Shown in pieces: positions 1 to 9,864 of a stretch of DNA of 64,000 nucleotides. The notes below the pieces were generated by a model, which had not been told where the DNA came from, searched no databases, and saw only the letters and a list, made by a program, of their open reading frames with translations. The DNA is taken from contig CBFGTM010000010.1 of the NCBI GenBank assembly GCA_965652025.1, forward strand, positions 3,097-67,096. Reading direction: 5' to 3'. The stretch's first letter is position 1; each line of letters opens with the position of its first letter. The translations under genes and the position numbers were made by a program. The stretch is from an uncultured Gemmatimonadales bacterium. GTDB taxonomy: Bacteria > Gemmatimonadota > Gemmatimonadetes > Gemmatimonadales > GWC2-71-9.

Positions 1-678
1 CTGAGCGACAAAGCCAAGCTCGATCTGCGCCGCCTCGGAGTAGAGGTGCGCACCGAGACGCTGGTCACCGACATCCGTCCCGGATTCGTCACCGCGGCCA
101 ACTGGACCATCCCCACCCAGACGGTGATCTGGGCCGCGGGGAATGCCGCCAGTCCCATTCTCAAGTCCCTCGGCACACCCCTCGATAAGGTGGGCCGCGC
201 CATCGTGGAGCCTGACTGCACCATCCCGGGACACCCGGAGATCTTCGTGTTGGGCGACGCGGCAGTGTTTAACCATCAGGAGGGCGGGCCCATACCTTGG
301 ATCTGCCCGGCTGCCATCCAGATGGGAGAATACGCAGCCCGCACTATCGAGTGCGATCTGGCCGGACAGCCGCGCCGCGCCTTTCATTATTGGGACAAGG
401 GCCAGCTCGCCGTGATCGGCCGCGGCCGCGCGGTGGCCGACATCTGGAAGCTGCACTTTGGCGGACTGCTCGCGTGGCTGACCTGGACCTTCGTTCACAT
501 CTTCTACCTGATCGGGTTCCGCAACCGGGTGCTGGTGATGATCCAGTGGGCCTGGTCCTATATCACCTACGGCCGGGGCGCCCGGCTCATCGCCGGCGAG
601 ACACCCTGCGCTGTTCCCCCGATGCCGATGAGTGCCGCGAAAGAGCCGTCGGCGAGAGTTCCAGCCGCGGCGCCATGA
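1..678 (+). CDS. ndh: Type II NADH dehydrogenase / FAD-dependent oxidoreductase, 5'-truncated at window edge
   Basis: Open frame from base 1; motifs TVIWAAG, IFVLGD, AIQMG, FHYWDKGQLAVIGR, AWLTW..VHI..LIGFRNR typical of the NDH-2 C-terminal half. Confidence 0.85.
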   Translation: MSDKAKLDLRRLGVEVRTETLVTDIRPGFVTAANWTIPTQTVIWAAGNAASPILKSLGTPLDKVGRAIVEPDCTIPGHPEIFVLGDAAVFNHQEGGPIPWICPAAIQMGEYAARTIECDLAGQPRRAFHYWDKGQLAVIGRGRAVADIWKLHFGGLLAWLTWTFVHIFYLIGFRNRVLVMIQWAWSYITYGRGARLIAGETPCAVPPMPMSAAKEPSARVPAAAP

Positions 679-1589
679 GTCTCGCCTGGAACATCAAGGC
701 GCGCGCCGGCGAGCTTGGGTTCGTCGCCTGCGGCATCACTCACCCGGGACCGACCGCCCACGGCGATCGCCTGGACCGGTGGCTGGCCAAGGGCTACGCC
801 GGCACCATGCGCTATCTCCACCGGCAGGCCCGCCGGCGGAAGGATCCCGGCCTGATCCTGCCGGAGGCGCGCTCGGTGGTCGTGGTGCTCGACAACTACT
901 ACAGTCCCGATCAAGAGAGCGACTGCTCGGCCCCTCGAGTCGCCAAGTACGCCCGGGGCGAGGACTATCACCGGGTCACCCGGCGCCGGCTGGACCGGTT
1001 GGCGGAGTTCCTGCTCCAGAGCGGCGCGACCCTGGCCCGGAGCTATGTCGATGCCGGTCCGGTTCCCGAGCGCGAGCTGGCCCAGCGGGCCGGGCTCGGC
1101 TGGATCGGAAAGAACACCATGCTGGTGAGCCCGGTGCATGGCTCCTTCGTCTTCATCGGCTCGGTGTTCACCGATCTCGCGCTGCCGCACGACGACCCGT
1201 TCGAGGCCGACCGCTGCGGCAGCTGCACCCGCTGTCTCGATGCCTGCCCCACCGAGGCGTTCGTAGAGCCGAGGGTGCTCGACGCGACCCGGTGCATCTC
1301 CTATCTCACCATCGAGCAGAAGGGCCCCATCCCCGAGGAGCTCGCAGGAAAGCTCGAGGGTTATGCCTTCGGCTGCGACATCTGCAACGACGTCTGTCCC
1401 TGGAATCACCGCTTCGCCCAGCCTACCAGAATTCCTGAGTTTGGGCGCGGTTCACCGCTGGCCGGCAAAGAGCCAGGGCTCTACGAGGATATGACCGAAG
1501 CAGAGTTCGCCGAGCAGTTCGGCCATACGCCGCTGGCGCGGGCCGGCCTCAAGGGCATGCGGCGAAACTTCCGGGCCGCCTTCTCATGA
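675..1589 (+). CDS. queG: Epoxyqueuosine reductase QueG
   Basis: ATGA overlap with ndh stop; YARGEDYH, ERELAQRAGLGWIGKN, CGSCTRCLDACPT and CISYLTIE...FGCDICNDVCPWN two-4Fe-4S motifs. Confidence 0.93.
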   Translation: MSLAWNIKARAGELGFVACGITHPGPTAHGDRLDRWLAKGYAGTMRYLHRQARRRKDPGLILPEARSVVVVLDNYYSPDQESDCSAPRVAKYARGEDYHRVTRRRLDRLAEFLLQSGATLARSYVDAGPVPERELAQRAGLGWIGKNTMLVSPVHGSFVFIGSVFTDLALPHDDPFEADRCGSCTRCLDACPTEAFVEPRVLDATRCISYLTIEQKGPIPEELAGKLEGYAFGCDICNDVCPWNHRFAQPTRIPEFGRGSPLAGKEPGLYEDMTEAEFAEQFGHTPLARAGLKGMRRNFRAAFS

Positions 1590-2041
1590 TCGATCTCCAG
1601 CGACTGCTTCGGTACGACGTGTGGGCCAATCAGGAAACGCTGCAGTCCCTGCCTCGGCAAGGCGCGCCGGCCAGGAGCCTCAGGTGGATGGGCCACATCA
1701 TCGCGGCCGAGCTGCTGTGGCTGTCGCGCATGGAGGGGAGGCCGTCGCCGCTTCCGGTTTGGCCCGACCTTTCGATCGCGGACTGCGAGGAGCGCCAGAA
1801 AGACCTCTCTCGCCGATTGACCGCTAACCTTGCAGGCTGGGCCAATCCGCTGAGCCGTGAGGTCAGCTACATCAACTCGAAGGGCGAAGCCTGGACCAGC
1901 AGGGTCGAGGACATCCTGACCCACATCGTGATTCACTCCGCATATCACCGGGGCCAGATCGCGTCCGATGTGCGTGCCGCGGGACTGGAGCCGGCCTATA
2001 CCGACTACATCCACGCCGTCCGGCAGGCGGTGTTCCGGTGA
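1586..2041 (+). CDS. DinB/DUF664-family protein (DinB/YfiT superfamily)
   Basis: YDVWAN start, HII..E..W, ILTHIVIHSAYHRGQI His motif. Confidence 0.8.
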   Translation: MIDLQRLLRYDVWANQETLQSLPRQGAPARSLRWMGHIIAAELLWLSRMEGRPSPLPVWPDLSIADCEERQKDLSRRLTANLAGWANPLSREVSYINSKGEAWTSRVEDILTHIVIHSAYHRGQIASDVRAAGLEPAYTDYIHAVRQAVFR

Positions 2042-2265
2042 CCACGCCTTCGCTCGGGCCGATCCTCGTGATCGGCGGGCTGTTCATCGTCCTCATCGGT
2101 CTGGCCGTCTGGTCCGGCGCGCTGAGCTGGTTCGGCCGACTTCCGGGAGACATCCGGATCGAGCGCGAGGGCGTGCGGGTCTACGTGCCGATCGTCTCCA
2201 TGGTGTTGCTGTCGCTGCTGCTGACTCTGGCTCTCAACCTCATCAGTCGCTTCCGGGGCCGGTGA
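2038..2265 (+). CDS. DUF2905-family small membrane protein
   Basis: Two hydrophobic segments flanking FGRLPGDIRIER..VYVPI; GTGA overlap. Confidence 0.8.
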   Translation: MTTPSLGPILVIGGLFIVLIGLAVWSGALSWFGRLPGDIRIEREGVRVYVPIVSMVLLSLLLTLALNLISRFRGR

Positions 2266-2768
2266 TGTCGAGCCCCATTCGAGCCCGCAGCTCGGAGCCG
2301 CTGGTAGGAACTCGGGAGCCGGGCGTGGAACGGCTGCGAACCCTGGCGCGGCTGCTCGATACCGCATTCCAGGTTCCCGGCACCCGATACCGGTTCGGGA
2401 TCGATGCCATCATCGGCCTCGTCCCCGGAATCGGCGATGCCGTCGGCGCCATCTTCTCGATGTTTATAGTCTTTCAGGCCGCTCGCATGGGAGTCTCCCA
2501 GGCGACCCTGATGCGGATGCTGGGCAACGTGGCGTTGGATACCATCGTGGGCGAAGTTCCTCTGCTCGGCGACCTGTTCGATGCGGGCTGGAAGTCCAAC
2601 ATTCGGAACATCGGATTGCTGGAGTCCCACCTCGAGCGGCCGGTATCCACCAGGAGAAGCAGCCGTCGGGTGGTGCTTCTGGTGGGTGTGGCGCTCCTCC
2701 TGCTCCTGGCCGGCGTGATCGCGCTGGGCGTGATTGTCGCCCAGCTGGTGCTCAACCTGGTGCGTTGA
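2265..2768 (+). CDS. DUF4112-family membrane protein
   Basis: LARLLDTAFQVPGTRYRFGIDAIIGLVPGIGD motif; ATG at 2265 overlapping the upstream TGA. Confidence 0.85.
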   Translation: MSSPIRARSSEPLVGTREPGVERLRTLARLLDTAFQVPGTRYRFGIDAIIGLVPGIGDAVGAIFSMFIVFQAARMGVSQATLMRMLGNVALDTIVGEVPLLGDLFDAGWKSNIRNIGLLESHLERPVSTRRSSRRVVLLVGVALLLLLAGVIALGVIVAQLVLNLVR

Positions 2769-2769
2769 A

Positions 2770-3177
2770 ATGCCGCCTATTCGACCTTCCCTGCACAGTG
2801 TGGCCATCTTCGTCAACGATATCGGTAGGGCCATTGAATTCTACCGGGACGCCCTGGACCTTCCGGTTACCCGGCAGGGCTCCTTTGGCGCCGAGTTTCT
2901 CGAGGGAGACACTCACGTCAGCGTACATCCTGCGGTCCATCCGGATGCGAAGTCCCTGGTCGGGCGTCATACCGGAATCACCCTCTTTGTCCCCAACCTG
3001 CTGCACTACTGCGGGCAGCTGCACGATCGGGGCGTCCGCTTTGCCACCGAGCCGACCCAGCAGTCGTGGGGGATCATGGCGATGGTGACGGATCCGGACG
3101 GCAACGTGCTCGCGCTGTGGGAGGACAAGTTGCCGGAGAGCCAGGACCACAGCCCTCAAGCCGATGGAGTTCCCTGA
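2770..3177 (+). CDS. VOC/glyoxalase-family protein
   Basis: VAIFVND..RAIEFYRDAL and WGIMAMVTDPDGNVLAL motifs. Confidence 0.85.
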   Translation: MPPIRPSLHSVAIFVNDIGRAIEFYRDALDLPVTRQGSFGAEFLEGDTHVSVHPAVHPDAKSLVGRHTGITLFVPNLLHYCGQLHDRGVRFATEPTQQSWGIMAMVTDPDGNVLALWEDKLPESQDHSPQADGVP

Positions 3178-3653
3178 GGTCTGCCGGACGAGCCGGGCCG
3201 GAAGGGTGAAATGGCCTGCGCCGCGGGATAGCCTCTGAAGCAATCCTCTACGATCTGCCCCTGCTGCTCCATTCCATATGCGCTGAACGGCTTGCCCGGC
3301 TCCACCTGGTAGCCATAAGGACTGGCGCCGATTCCCCAGCGGTACAGCAGGTGCCGCAGCTGGGCCACGGCGCCCCGGCTGTAGTAGCGCAGGGGCCCCC
3401 ATTCGTGATACTGGCAGCAGTGAGTCAGCTCGTGGGCGAGAACCGCGAGGTCCCGGCTGCAGCTCTGGGGAAGAAACACATGGTGCCCCAATGCCACGGC
3501 GCGGTTGCCGCTCAGAACGAGTACGACGGTCCGAACCAGAGCGGCCAGGCCAGAGCTATCCGGGCGGTAGAGTCGCACCAAGTCGCAGGCGGGCATGGCG
3601 GCGAGACCGCCAAGCGCGGCGCGCTCTTCCAGGGTCAGACGATCGGCCGGCAC
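3156..3653 (-). CDS. DUF4157-like HExxH putative metallopeptidase
   Basis: RAVALGHHVF, LAHELTHCCQY, YGMEQQGQIV pattern. Confidence 0.65.
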   Translation of the reverse strand: MPADRLTLEERAALGGLAAMPACDLVRLYRPDSSGLAALVRTVVLVLSGNRAVALGHHVFLPQSCSRDLAVLAHELTHCCQYHEWGPLRYYSRGAVAQLRHLLYRWGIGASPYGYQVEPGKPFSAYGMEQQGQIVEDCFRGYPAAQAISPFRPGSSGRPQGTPSA

Positions 3654-3656
3654 GAC

Positions 3657-4805
3657 TCAGCGTCCCAGGAACTCGCCGATCGGCGCCAGCGCCTCGATGT
3701 GATCGCAGAAGATCTTGAAGGTCGCGAGCAGTGGCACCGCCAGAAATGCTCCCGGGATGCCCCAGATCCACCACCAGAACACCAGCCCAACCAGGATCGC
3801 CACCGGATTCAGGGTCAGCCGGTGCCCCAGGACCAGAGGATAGATGAATTGGGACTGCAGTATGTTGACGCCCAGGTAGGTGGCGGGCACCAGCAGGGCA
3901 TGACCCACTTGTTCGAATGCCACCAGACCGGCAAGGGTCAGCACCGCAACCAAAGCCGTCGCCCCCAGGTAGGGAACAAACTCAACCACTGCAGCCATGG
4001 CTCCCCACAGAAGCGGGTTGGGCATTCCCAACAGGAACATCGCCAGGGCCACGGTGATGCCGAGGCCGACGTTCATGAGCGTGACGGTAACCAGGTAGGT
4101 GGAGATGGATGCCTCGGTCTCCCGGGCGATGGTGACTGCCTTTTTCTTGTCCCGGAACTGGGGCAGGACCTTGATCAGCTTCTGAAGAAAGAGATCCCCT
4201 ACGGCGAGCAGGAAGTAGAGCAGGATGATGACCTCTACCATGCTGGCGATGATGGTCTGCGTGGTTCCGAAGAGTCGCTCGGTGAGCGACGGTCCCTTGA
4301 CCACCACCTCCTGAGTTTCCGGCTTGTCCACCGTGGTGGCCTTTTCCACCTGCTCCGCCGTCTTGCTCACCTGTTCCACTGGTCCGCGCAGCGTGCGCAG
4401 CCGGTCCTCGGCCTTGCGCATGCTCGCCGGCAGCCGGCCCGCCCACTCCTTGGCTGGCCCTATCAATCCGTACACAGTGATGCCGGCCGCTCCCAGGAGC
4501 GCGATGATCACCAGCGCTGCGCTCACCGGCTCGGGGATCCGAGCACGCTTGAGCCCGCGAATCAGCGGGCTCAGGAGGAAGTCGAGGAGTACTGCGAGGA
4601 CAATGGGAAGGAAAAATGCCTTCGCGAAATACAGAGTGTAAAACGCCGCCAGGACGAAGAGACCTGTGGTAGCAACGGAACGGATCTCGATTCTTTCTCG
4701 GAGCGCCTCGCCCAGCTTGCCGATATCGGGCTGGGCATCAGCTTGATCGGCTGCGGGGGTTGGCTCCGGGACGTCTGGCTCGAACGCGGATGTGCCGTTA
4801 CTCAC
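3657..4805 (-). CDS. AI-2E family transporter
   Basis: Multi-TM; FFLPIVLA..LSP, FVPYLG, LNPVAILVGLVFWWWIWGIPGAFLAVP. Confidence 0.9.
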   Translation of the reverse strand: MSNGTSAFEPDVPEPTPAADQADAQPDIGKLGEALRERIEIRSVATTGLFVLAAFYTLYFAKAFFLPIVLAVLLDFLLSPLIRGLKRARIPEPVSAALVIIALLGAAGITVYGLIGPAKEWAGRLPASMRKAEDRLRTLRGPVEQVSKTAEQVEKATTVDKPETQEVVVKGPSLTERLFGTTQTIIASMVEVIILLYFLLAVGDLFLQKLIKVLPQFRDKKKAVTIARETEASISTYLVTVTLMNVGLGITVALAMFLLGMPNPLLWGAMAAVVEFVPYLGATALVAVLTLAGLVAFEQVGHALLVPATYLGVNILQSQFIYPLVLGHRLTLNPVAILVGLVFWWWIWGIPGAFLAVPLLATFKIFCDHIEALAPIGEFLGR

Positions 4806-4874
4806 CCTTGTCCCTCCGTCCCGGCTTGCAGTAGGTTAGCGACTGTCGACGTCCTCAGCCCGGAATAGAGCAGC

Positions 4875-5693
4875 ATGTCGCGCCTCTGGCAATCAATTCT
4901 GTCGGTGTGGGCCTGGACGGTCCTGGTGCTCTGCATCCTGCTCTGGTTTCCGCTCATGATCGTGCTCCGGATCCTCGCTGCTCCCTTCGACAAGGGGCGC
5001 TATCTCACTGGCTACCTTTTTCGCCGCATCGGCCCGGTCATGGCGGCGCTCAACCCGCTGTGGCGCTTCCGCTATTCCGGCCAGCTCCCGCCCGACCCGA
5101 GACGCCCCTTCGTCGTCGTATCCAATCACGAATCCTTTGCCGACATTCTGCTGATCAGCCATCTGCCCTGGGAAATGAAGTGGCTCTCCAAGGCCGAGCT
5201 GTTTCGGATTCCGGTGATGGGCTGGATGATGTGGCTGGCGGGAGACATTCCGGTCAAGCGAGGCTTCGGGCCCAGCGCGGTCGAGGCAATGGAACGCTGT
5301 CGGGAGGTGCTGCGGCGACGGGTATCGGTCATGATTTTCCCCGAAGGTACTCGCTCCAAGACCGCGGAGCTGCTCCCATTCAAAGATGGTGCCTTCCGGC
5401 TGGCCATCGAGGCCGGCGTGCCCATTCTGCCGCTCGCCCTCTCCGGCACCGCCACGGCGCTGCCCAAGCACGGCTGGCGGTTCGGCCGCTCGGCGGCGGA
5501 GGTTCGAGTGCTGCCGCCGGTCGAGACCGCGGGAATGACGCTGGATGATGTGCCCGCATTGAAAGCCAGAATTCGGGAGCTGATCGTGGGGACGCGAGCC
5601 ACCCTGGCTGCGGCGGCCGGCGACGGAGTCAGCGCCCCAGGTCACCCGGAGCGCGTACCCGGCCAACCGCGCCCGCCAGGGCCAGCAGCGTGA
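4875..5693 (+). CDS. plsC: 1-acyl-sn-glycerol-3-phosphate (lysophospholipid) acyltransferase
   Basis: NHESFAD (HxxxxD), FPEGTRS, FKDGAF motifs. Confidence 0.85.
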   Translation: MSRLWQSILSVWAWTVLVLCILLWFPLMIVLRILAAPFDKGRYLTGYLFRRIGPVMAALNPLWRFRYSGQLPPDPRRPFVVVSNHESFADILLISHLPWEMKWLSKAELFRIPVMGWMMWLAGDIPVKRGFGPSAVEAMERCREVLRRRVSVMIFPEGTRSKTAELLPFKDGAFRLAIEAGVPILPLALSGTATALPKHGWRFGRSAAEVRVLPPVETAGMTLDDVPALKARIRELIVGTRATLAAAAGDGVSAPGHPERVPGQPRPPGPAA

Positions 5694-6537
5694 GCAGGTA
5701 CGGCAACATGAGGAAGAGCTGGTAGGGAGCCTGCACTCCCAGCGCCTGGAACAGGAACTGGAGTGCTGTTGCCAGGCCGAAGAGCAGGGCCGCCAAAGCC
5801 ACCCCGATCGGGTGCCAGCGGCCCAGCACCACAATAGCGATAGCCAGGAATCCGCGGCCGGCGGTCATCCGCTCGGTGAACGTGCCGACCTGAGCCAGGA
5901 CCAGGGTCGCCCCTCCCAGTCCCGAGAAGCCTCCGCCCACGACGGTGGCGATAGTGCGAACCAGGCCGGTCCTCACCCCGACCGCTCGCGCCATTGCGGC
6001 GGCCTCACCCGTAGCCCGTAAGGCCAGCCCCGAACGGGTGCGAAAGAGTCCCCACCAGATCAGAGGCAGCCCCACAACGGCGAGATAGGTCGGCACCGGT
6101 TGGTCGAACAGCGCGGGACCGAGCACCGGGATCCGGGACAGTCCCGGCAACGGCAGCGACGAGAACGTGGGGATGCTGAGGCCGGCGCCCTCCACTCCAT
6201 ATGCCTGCCGGTAGATCGTGCCGGTCAGGCCCACGGCCGCGAGGGTAACCGCGGTACCGACGATGATCTGGTCTGCCCGCACGCCGATGGCCAGTACCGC
6301 GAAACCGGCGGCGATCACCATGCCAGCAACCATACCGGCCACGAGGCCACCCCACGGCCCCCAGGCGGAGGCGCCGAGTGCGGCAGCCAGCGCACCGGCC
6401 AGCATCTGCCCTTCGACCCCCAGGTTGATCACCCCCGACCGCTCGGTCAGCGTCTCTCCGGTGGCAGCGAAGAGAAGCGGTGTGGCCACTCGAACCGCCG
6501 CGGCGAGAAACCCGGTCAGGAGCAGCAGAGGATCCAT
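5629..6537 (-). CDS. Nucleoside/sugar (BMP-type) ABC transporter permease
   Basis: ATGETLTERSGVINLGVEGQML and GRGFLAIAIVVLGRW motifs. Confidence 0.9.
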   Translation of the reverse strand: MDPLLLLTGFLAAAVRVATPLLFAATGETLTERSGVINLGVEGQMLAGALAAALGASAWGPWGGLVAGMVAGMVIAAGFAVLAIGVRADQIIVGTAVTLAAVGLTGTIYRQAYGVEGAGLSIPTFSSLPLPGLSRIPVLGPALFDQPVPTYLAVVGLPLIWWGLFRTRSGLALRATGEAAAMARAVGVRTGLVRTIATVVGGGFSGLGGATLVLAQVGTFTERMTAGRGFLAIAIVVLGRWHPIGVALAALLFGLATALQFLFQALGVQAPYQLFLMLPYLLTLLALAGAVGRVRAPGDLGR

Positions 6538-7592
6538 CAGGCTCGGGCCCTCGCGACTCGGGGGCGAATGCGCCGGATCACCTGAGTAGTCATCAGGCCG
6601 CCCTTCGGTGTCGCCGCGAGGGCAGCGACTACGATGATGATGGCTTCGACCACGTAGACGGCGACGGACGGGACCCCGGCATCGCGTTGCATGGCCCCGG
6701 CTCCGGCTTCCAGGGCGGCGATGAAGATGCCGCTGATCAGCACGCCGACCGGGTGGAGTCCCCCAAGCAGGGCGACGGCGATGCCGGTAAACCCGTAGCC
6801 GGGCGAGAGGTTCTGGTACAATGCGTAGCTCACGCCGCTCAGCTCAACTCCTCCGGCAAGACCCGCGAGCGCACCGGAACAGAGCAGTGCAGTGGCCGCC
6901 ATTTTGGAGCTGTCGATGCTGCCGCTCACTTCGGCGGCGCGAGGGTTCAGCCCCACCGCGCGGAGCCGAAAGCCACACAAGGTTCTGGCAAACATATACC
7001 ATAGGACGAGGACCCCGGCCACAGCCAGTAGAAACCCGGCATGCAGCCGTCCACCGATAAGCGGGAGGCGAGCCGTGTCGAGGATGAGATCGCTCTGAGG
7101 GTATATCCCCGAGTGTTCCTGCAGCGGCCCCTGCACCAGCAGACTGACCAGCGCCTCGGCCACGAAGTTGAGCAGCAGCGTACTGATCACCTCGATCACC
7201 CCGAAGCGCAGCTTGAGCCAGACCGGCACCGCGACCCATGCCGCTCCCGCAATGGCGGAGGTGAGGAGGAGCAGGATCAGCGCAAGCACGCCCGGCCCCG
7301 CAGTGACGTGCAGTCCCACCCAGGTGGCTGCGATGGCGCCGGCGTAGAACTGTCCTTCGGCCCCGATGTTGAATGCGCCGCCGCGAAACGCCGTGGCAAT
7401 GCCGAGCCCGATCAGGATCAGCGGCACCGAGCGCACCAGCGTCGCGGAGGTGAAGTTGTACCAGGAACCGAATGCGCCGGTCCACAGTGCCCCGAGAGCA
7501 AGTGGCGCATCGAAGCCCATGGCCTCCAGCCAGCCCGCCAGTACGGCGAGCCCCAGGAGAATGGCCAGCAATCCCCACCAGATCCGGATCAC
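6537..7592 (-). CDS. Nucleoside/sugar (BMP-type) ABC transporter permease
   Basis: FNIGAEGQ, EVISTLLLN, GYGFTGIAVALLG motifs. Confidence 0.9.
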   Translation of the reverse strand: MIRIWWGLLAILLGLAVLAGWLEAMGFDAPLALGALWTGAFGSWYNFTSATLVRSVPLILIGLGIATAFRGGAFNIGAEGQFYAGAIAATWVGLHVTAGPGVLALILLLLTSAIAGAAWVAVPVWLKLRFGVIEVISTLLLNFVAEALVSLLVQGPLQEHSGIYPQSDLILDTARLPLIGGRLHAGFLLAVAGVLVLWYMFARTLCGFRLRAVGLNPRAAEVSGSIDSSKMAATALLCSGALAGLAGGVELSGVSYALYQNLSPGYGFTGIAVALLGGLHPVGVLISGIFIAALEAGAGAMQRDAGVPSVAVYVVEAIIIVVAALAATPKGGLMTTQVIRRIRPRVARARA

Positions 7593-9070
7593 CCGGGAGC
7601 CTCCGTGCGAAGCATCATCCTGCCGATCTCGGCCCGCGAGGCGCTGGCCGGTGCTTCGGTCAGCAGTCCCCGCGACATGACCACGACCCGCTGGGCCAGA
7701 TGCAGGACCTCGTCGAGATCGTTGGAGTGGAACAGCACCGCGGCACCGCGGCCCGCGGCCGCCCGAATGCGGGCGTGAATCGAGGCGGTGGCGCTGACAT
7801 CGAGGCCTCTGGTGGGGTTTTCGGCTACCAGAACCGCGGGGATGCGGGCCAACTCCCGGGCAACGATGAGCTTCTGCTGGTTGCCGCCACTCAATGCGCC
7901 GGCCTTGGTGTCCGGACTGGTGGCAAGCACTTCGAAGTCACGCAGCAGGTCGGCGGTTTGGTTCCGGGCTTCCCGCCACCGGATCCGGCCGCGATGGATC
8001 CAGGGAGCGCCGTCATTCCACCCCAGGGCGACATTTTCGGTGAGGCTCATGTCAGGGATCAGCCCCTCCGACGTTCGGTCTTCAGGGATGAACCCGATGG
8101 GACGTTCTACCTCCAGTCTCCCTCGAAGCGGGAGCAGCCGGCCGGCTATCGCACGCAGGAGCTCACGCTGCCCGTTCCCTTCCACCGCGGCCACCCCGAC
8201 GATCTCGCCGGCACGAATTACCAGTGCGCCATGCTTCACGGCAATCCCGTAGCCGCTTTCCCGGGAGACCTCCAGCGCATCCAGCCGGACCAGCACTCGG
8301 CCCGACGACGGAGCAATTGCGCGGTGACGGCCGGACACTGAGGAGACGAGCGGGAGGTCGGGGGCAGCGCCGATCATCGCGCGAGCGAGAGAGTCGATCG
8401 TCTGGCTGGCCGGCGATCCGGTATGAGTGACCGTGCCCTGGCGCAGGACCGTCACCCGGTCTGCCGCCCGCAGCGCCTCGTCGAGCTTGTGTGTAATCAG
8501 CACCGCGGATCCCCCTGACTGGGCAAATCGGCGGATCACGCCGAGCAGCTCCTCGGCCTCGGCGGGGGCGAGCACGGCGGTTGGCTCGTCCAGCAGCAGG
8601 ATTCGGGGATCGCCCGCCAATGCCTTTACGATCTCGAGCCTCTGCTTCAGCACCACCGAGAGCCGTCCCGCCCGCTGGTCCGAATCCAACGGAAGCCCCA
8701 GCCGGTCGGTAAGAGCTTCGGAGCGCAGCCGGAGTTGACGCGGATGCCCCGACCATCCGGCGGCCAGCGCGATGTTCTCGGCGACGGTCAGCGCCGGCAC
8801 GGCAGTGAAATGCTGGTGGACCATGCCAATCCCGAGGCGACGGGCCTGGCCCGGCGAGGCAATGAGACGGGGCGCTGCGTCCACCCGGACCTCGCCTGCG
8901 TCGGGCCGCACCAGCCCGTACGCGATGTGCATGAGCGTGGTCTTGCCGGCGCCGTTCTCTCCCAGGAGCGCCTGCACCTCACCAGGCGTGAGTACAAAAT
9001 CGGCTCCGCGGAGAGCCTGAACGGAGCCGAATCGTTTGTGGATGCCGACAAGCTCGAGGACTGGCGCCAC
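7589..9070 (-). CDS. ABC transporter ATP-binding protein (fused double NBD, CUT2 type)
   Basis: GENGAGKTT, LLLDEPT, LSGGNQQK, ENPTRGLDV; start placed at GTG 9070 (uncertain). Confidence 0.9.
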   Translation of the reverse strand: MAPVLELVGIHKRFGSVQALRGADFVLTPGEVQALLGENGAGKTTLMHIAYGLVRPDAGEVRVDAAPRLIASPGQARRLGIGMVHQHFTAVPALTVAENIALAAGWSGHPRQLRLRSEALTDRLGLPLDSDQRAGRLSVVLKQRLEIVKALAGDPRILLLDEPTAVLAPAEAEELLGVIRRFAQSGGSAVLITHKLDEALRAADRVTVLRQGTVTHTGSPASQTIDSLARAMIGAAPDLPLVSSVSGRHRAIAPSSGRVLVRLDALEVSRESGYGIAVKHGALVIRAGEIVGVAAVEGNGQRELLRAIAGRLLPLRGRLEVERPIGFIPEDRTSEGLIPDMSLTENVALGWNDGAPWIHRGRIRWREARNQTADLLRDFEVLATSPDTKAGALSGGNQQKLIVARELARIPAVLVAENPTRGLDVSATASIHARIRAAAGRGAAVLFHSNDLDEVLHLAQRVVVMSRGLLTEAPASASRAEIGRMMLRTEAPG

Positions 9071-9075
9071 TTCAG

Positions 9076-9864
9076 TCAGAGTCCGGTGGGGTGATCGTGG
9101 AACTCCCATTCCAGGTCGAACCGATCCGCCAGGTGGGAGGCCAGGGCCTGGACTCCCAGTGTCTCGGTGGCATAGTGGCCGGCGTACAGAAGGTTGAGTC
9201 CCCCCTCCATCGCGTCGAAGTAGGTATGATGGGGCCCCTCACCGGTGATGAAGGTATCGATACCAGCATCCCGCGCCTGGGCGAGCATGTTTCCAGCAGC
9301 TCCGGTGATGATGCCGATGCGGGTGGGGCGCGCCGGGCCACCTGGAATCAGGGTGGTGCTGCCCTTCAGGGTGTGGAGCACTCGATCGAGCTCCTGGGCC
9401 AGGAGCTTCCGGTTGGCCAGGCTGCCGGGCGCCTCACCCCATACCCCCATGGCAATGCCGCGATAGCTGCCGAACCAGCCGTCGACCTGGATACCGAGCC
9501 GCTCGGCCAGCACCGCGTTGTTGCCGACTTCCGGGTGAACGTCCAGCGGGATATGGGCAGCATACAGGGGAACATCGTGGTCCAGCAGCGCCGACAGCCG
9601 CCGGTATCTGCGGCCGGTGACCGGCACGTTGCCATCCCAGAAAAGACCGTGGTGAACCAGAAGGAGTGGCGGAGGAGTGTCTGCGTCGATCGACGCAGCG
9701 ACGCCATCAATAGTCGCCTGGGAAGCATCCACCGCCGCCACGATCTTCCCGACCGTCCCGCTGTTTTCGACCTGAAGCCCGTTCACCGCGTTGGTTTCGT
9801 CCGGGACCTCATGGATCCGGAGATACTGGTCTAAGTACTCCGTGATGTCGCTTAGCTGGGTCAC
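9076..9864 (-). CDS. Nif3/DUF34 (YbgI-like) dinuclear metal-centre protein
   Basis: NGLQV, LVHHGLFW, YAAHIPLDVHPEVGNN, FITGE, AGHYATE motifs. Confidence 0.92.
   Translation of the reverse strand: MTQLSDITEYLDQYLRIHEVPDETNAVNGLQVENSGTVGKIVAAVDASQATIDGVAASIDADTPPPLLLVHHGLFWDGNVPVTGRRYRRLSALLDHDVPLYAAHIPLDVHPEVGNNAVLAERLGIQVDGWFGSYRGIAMGVWGEAPGSLANRKLLAQELDRVLHTLKGSTTLIPGGPARPTRIGIITGAAGNMLAQARDAGIDTFITGEGPHHTYFDAMEGGLNLLYAGHYATETLGVQALASHLADRFDLEWEFHDHPTGL

Noticed and set aside
297-674. N-terminal extensions in the ORF track for queG, and likewise for DUF4112, sufC, pyrE, HIT, DmpA and patatin
   Set aside because: The extensions overlap upstream genes out of frame; internal ATG/GTG codons, mostly overlapping the upstream stop, give normal-length proteins
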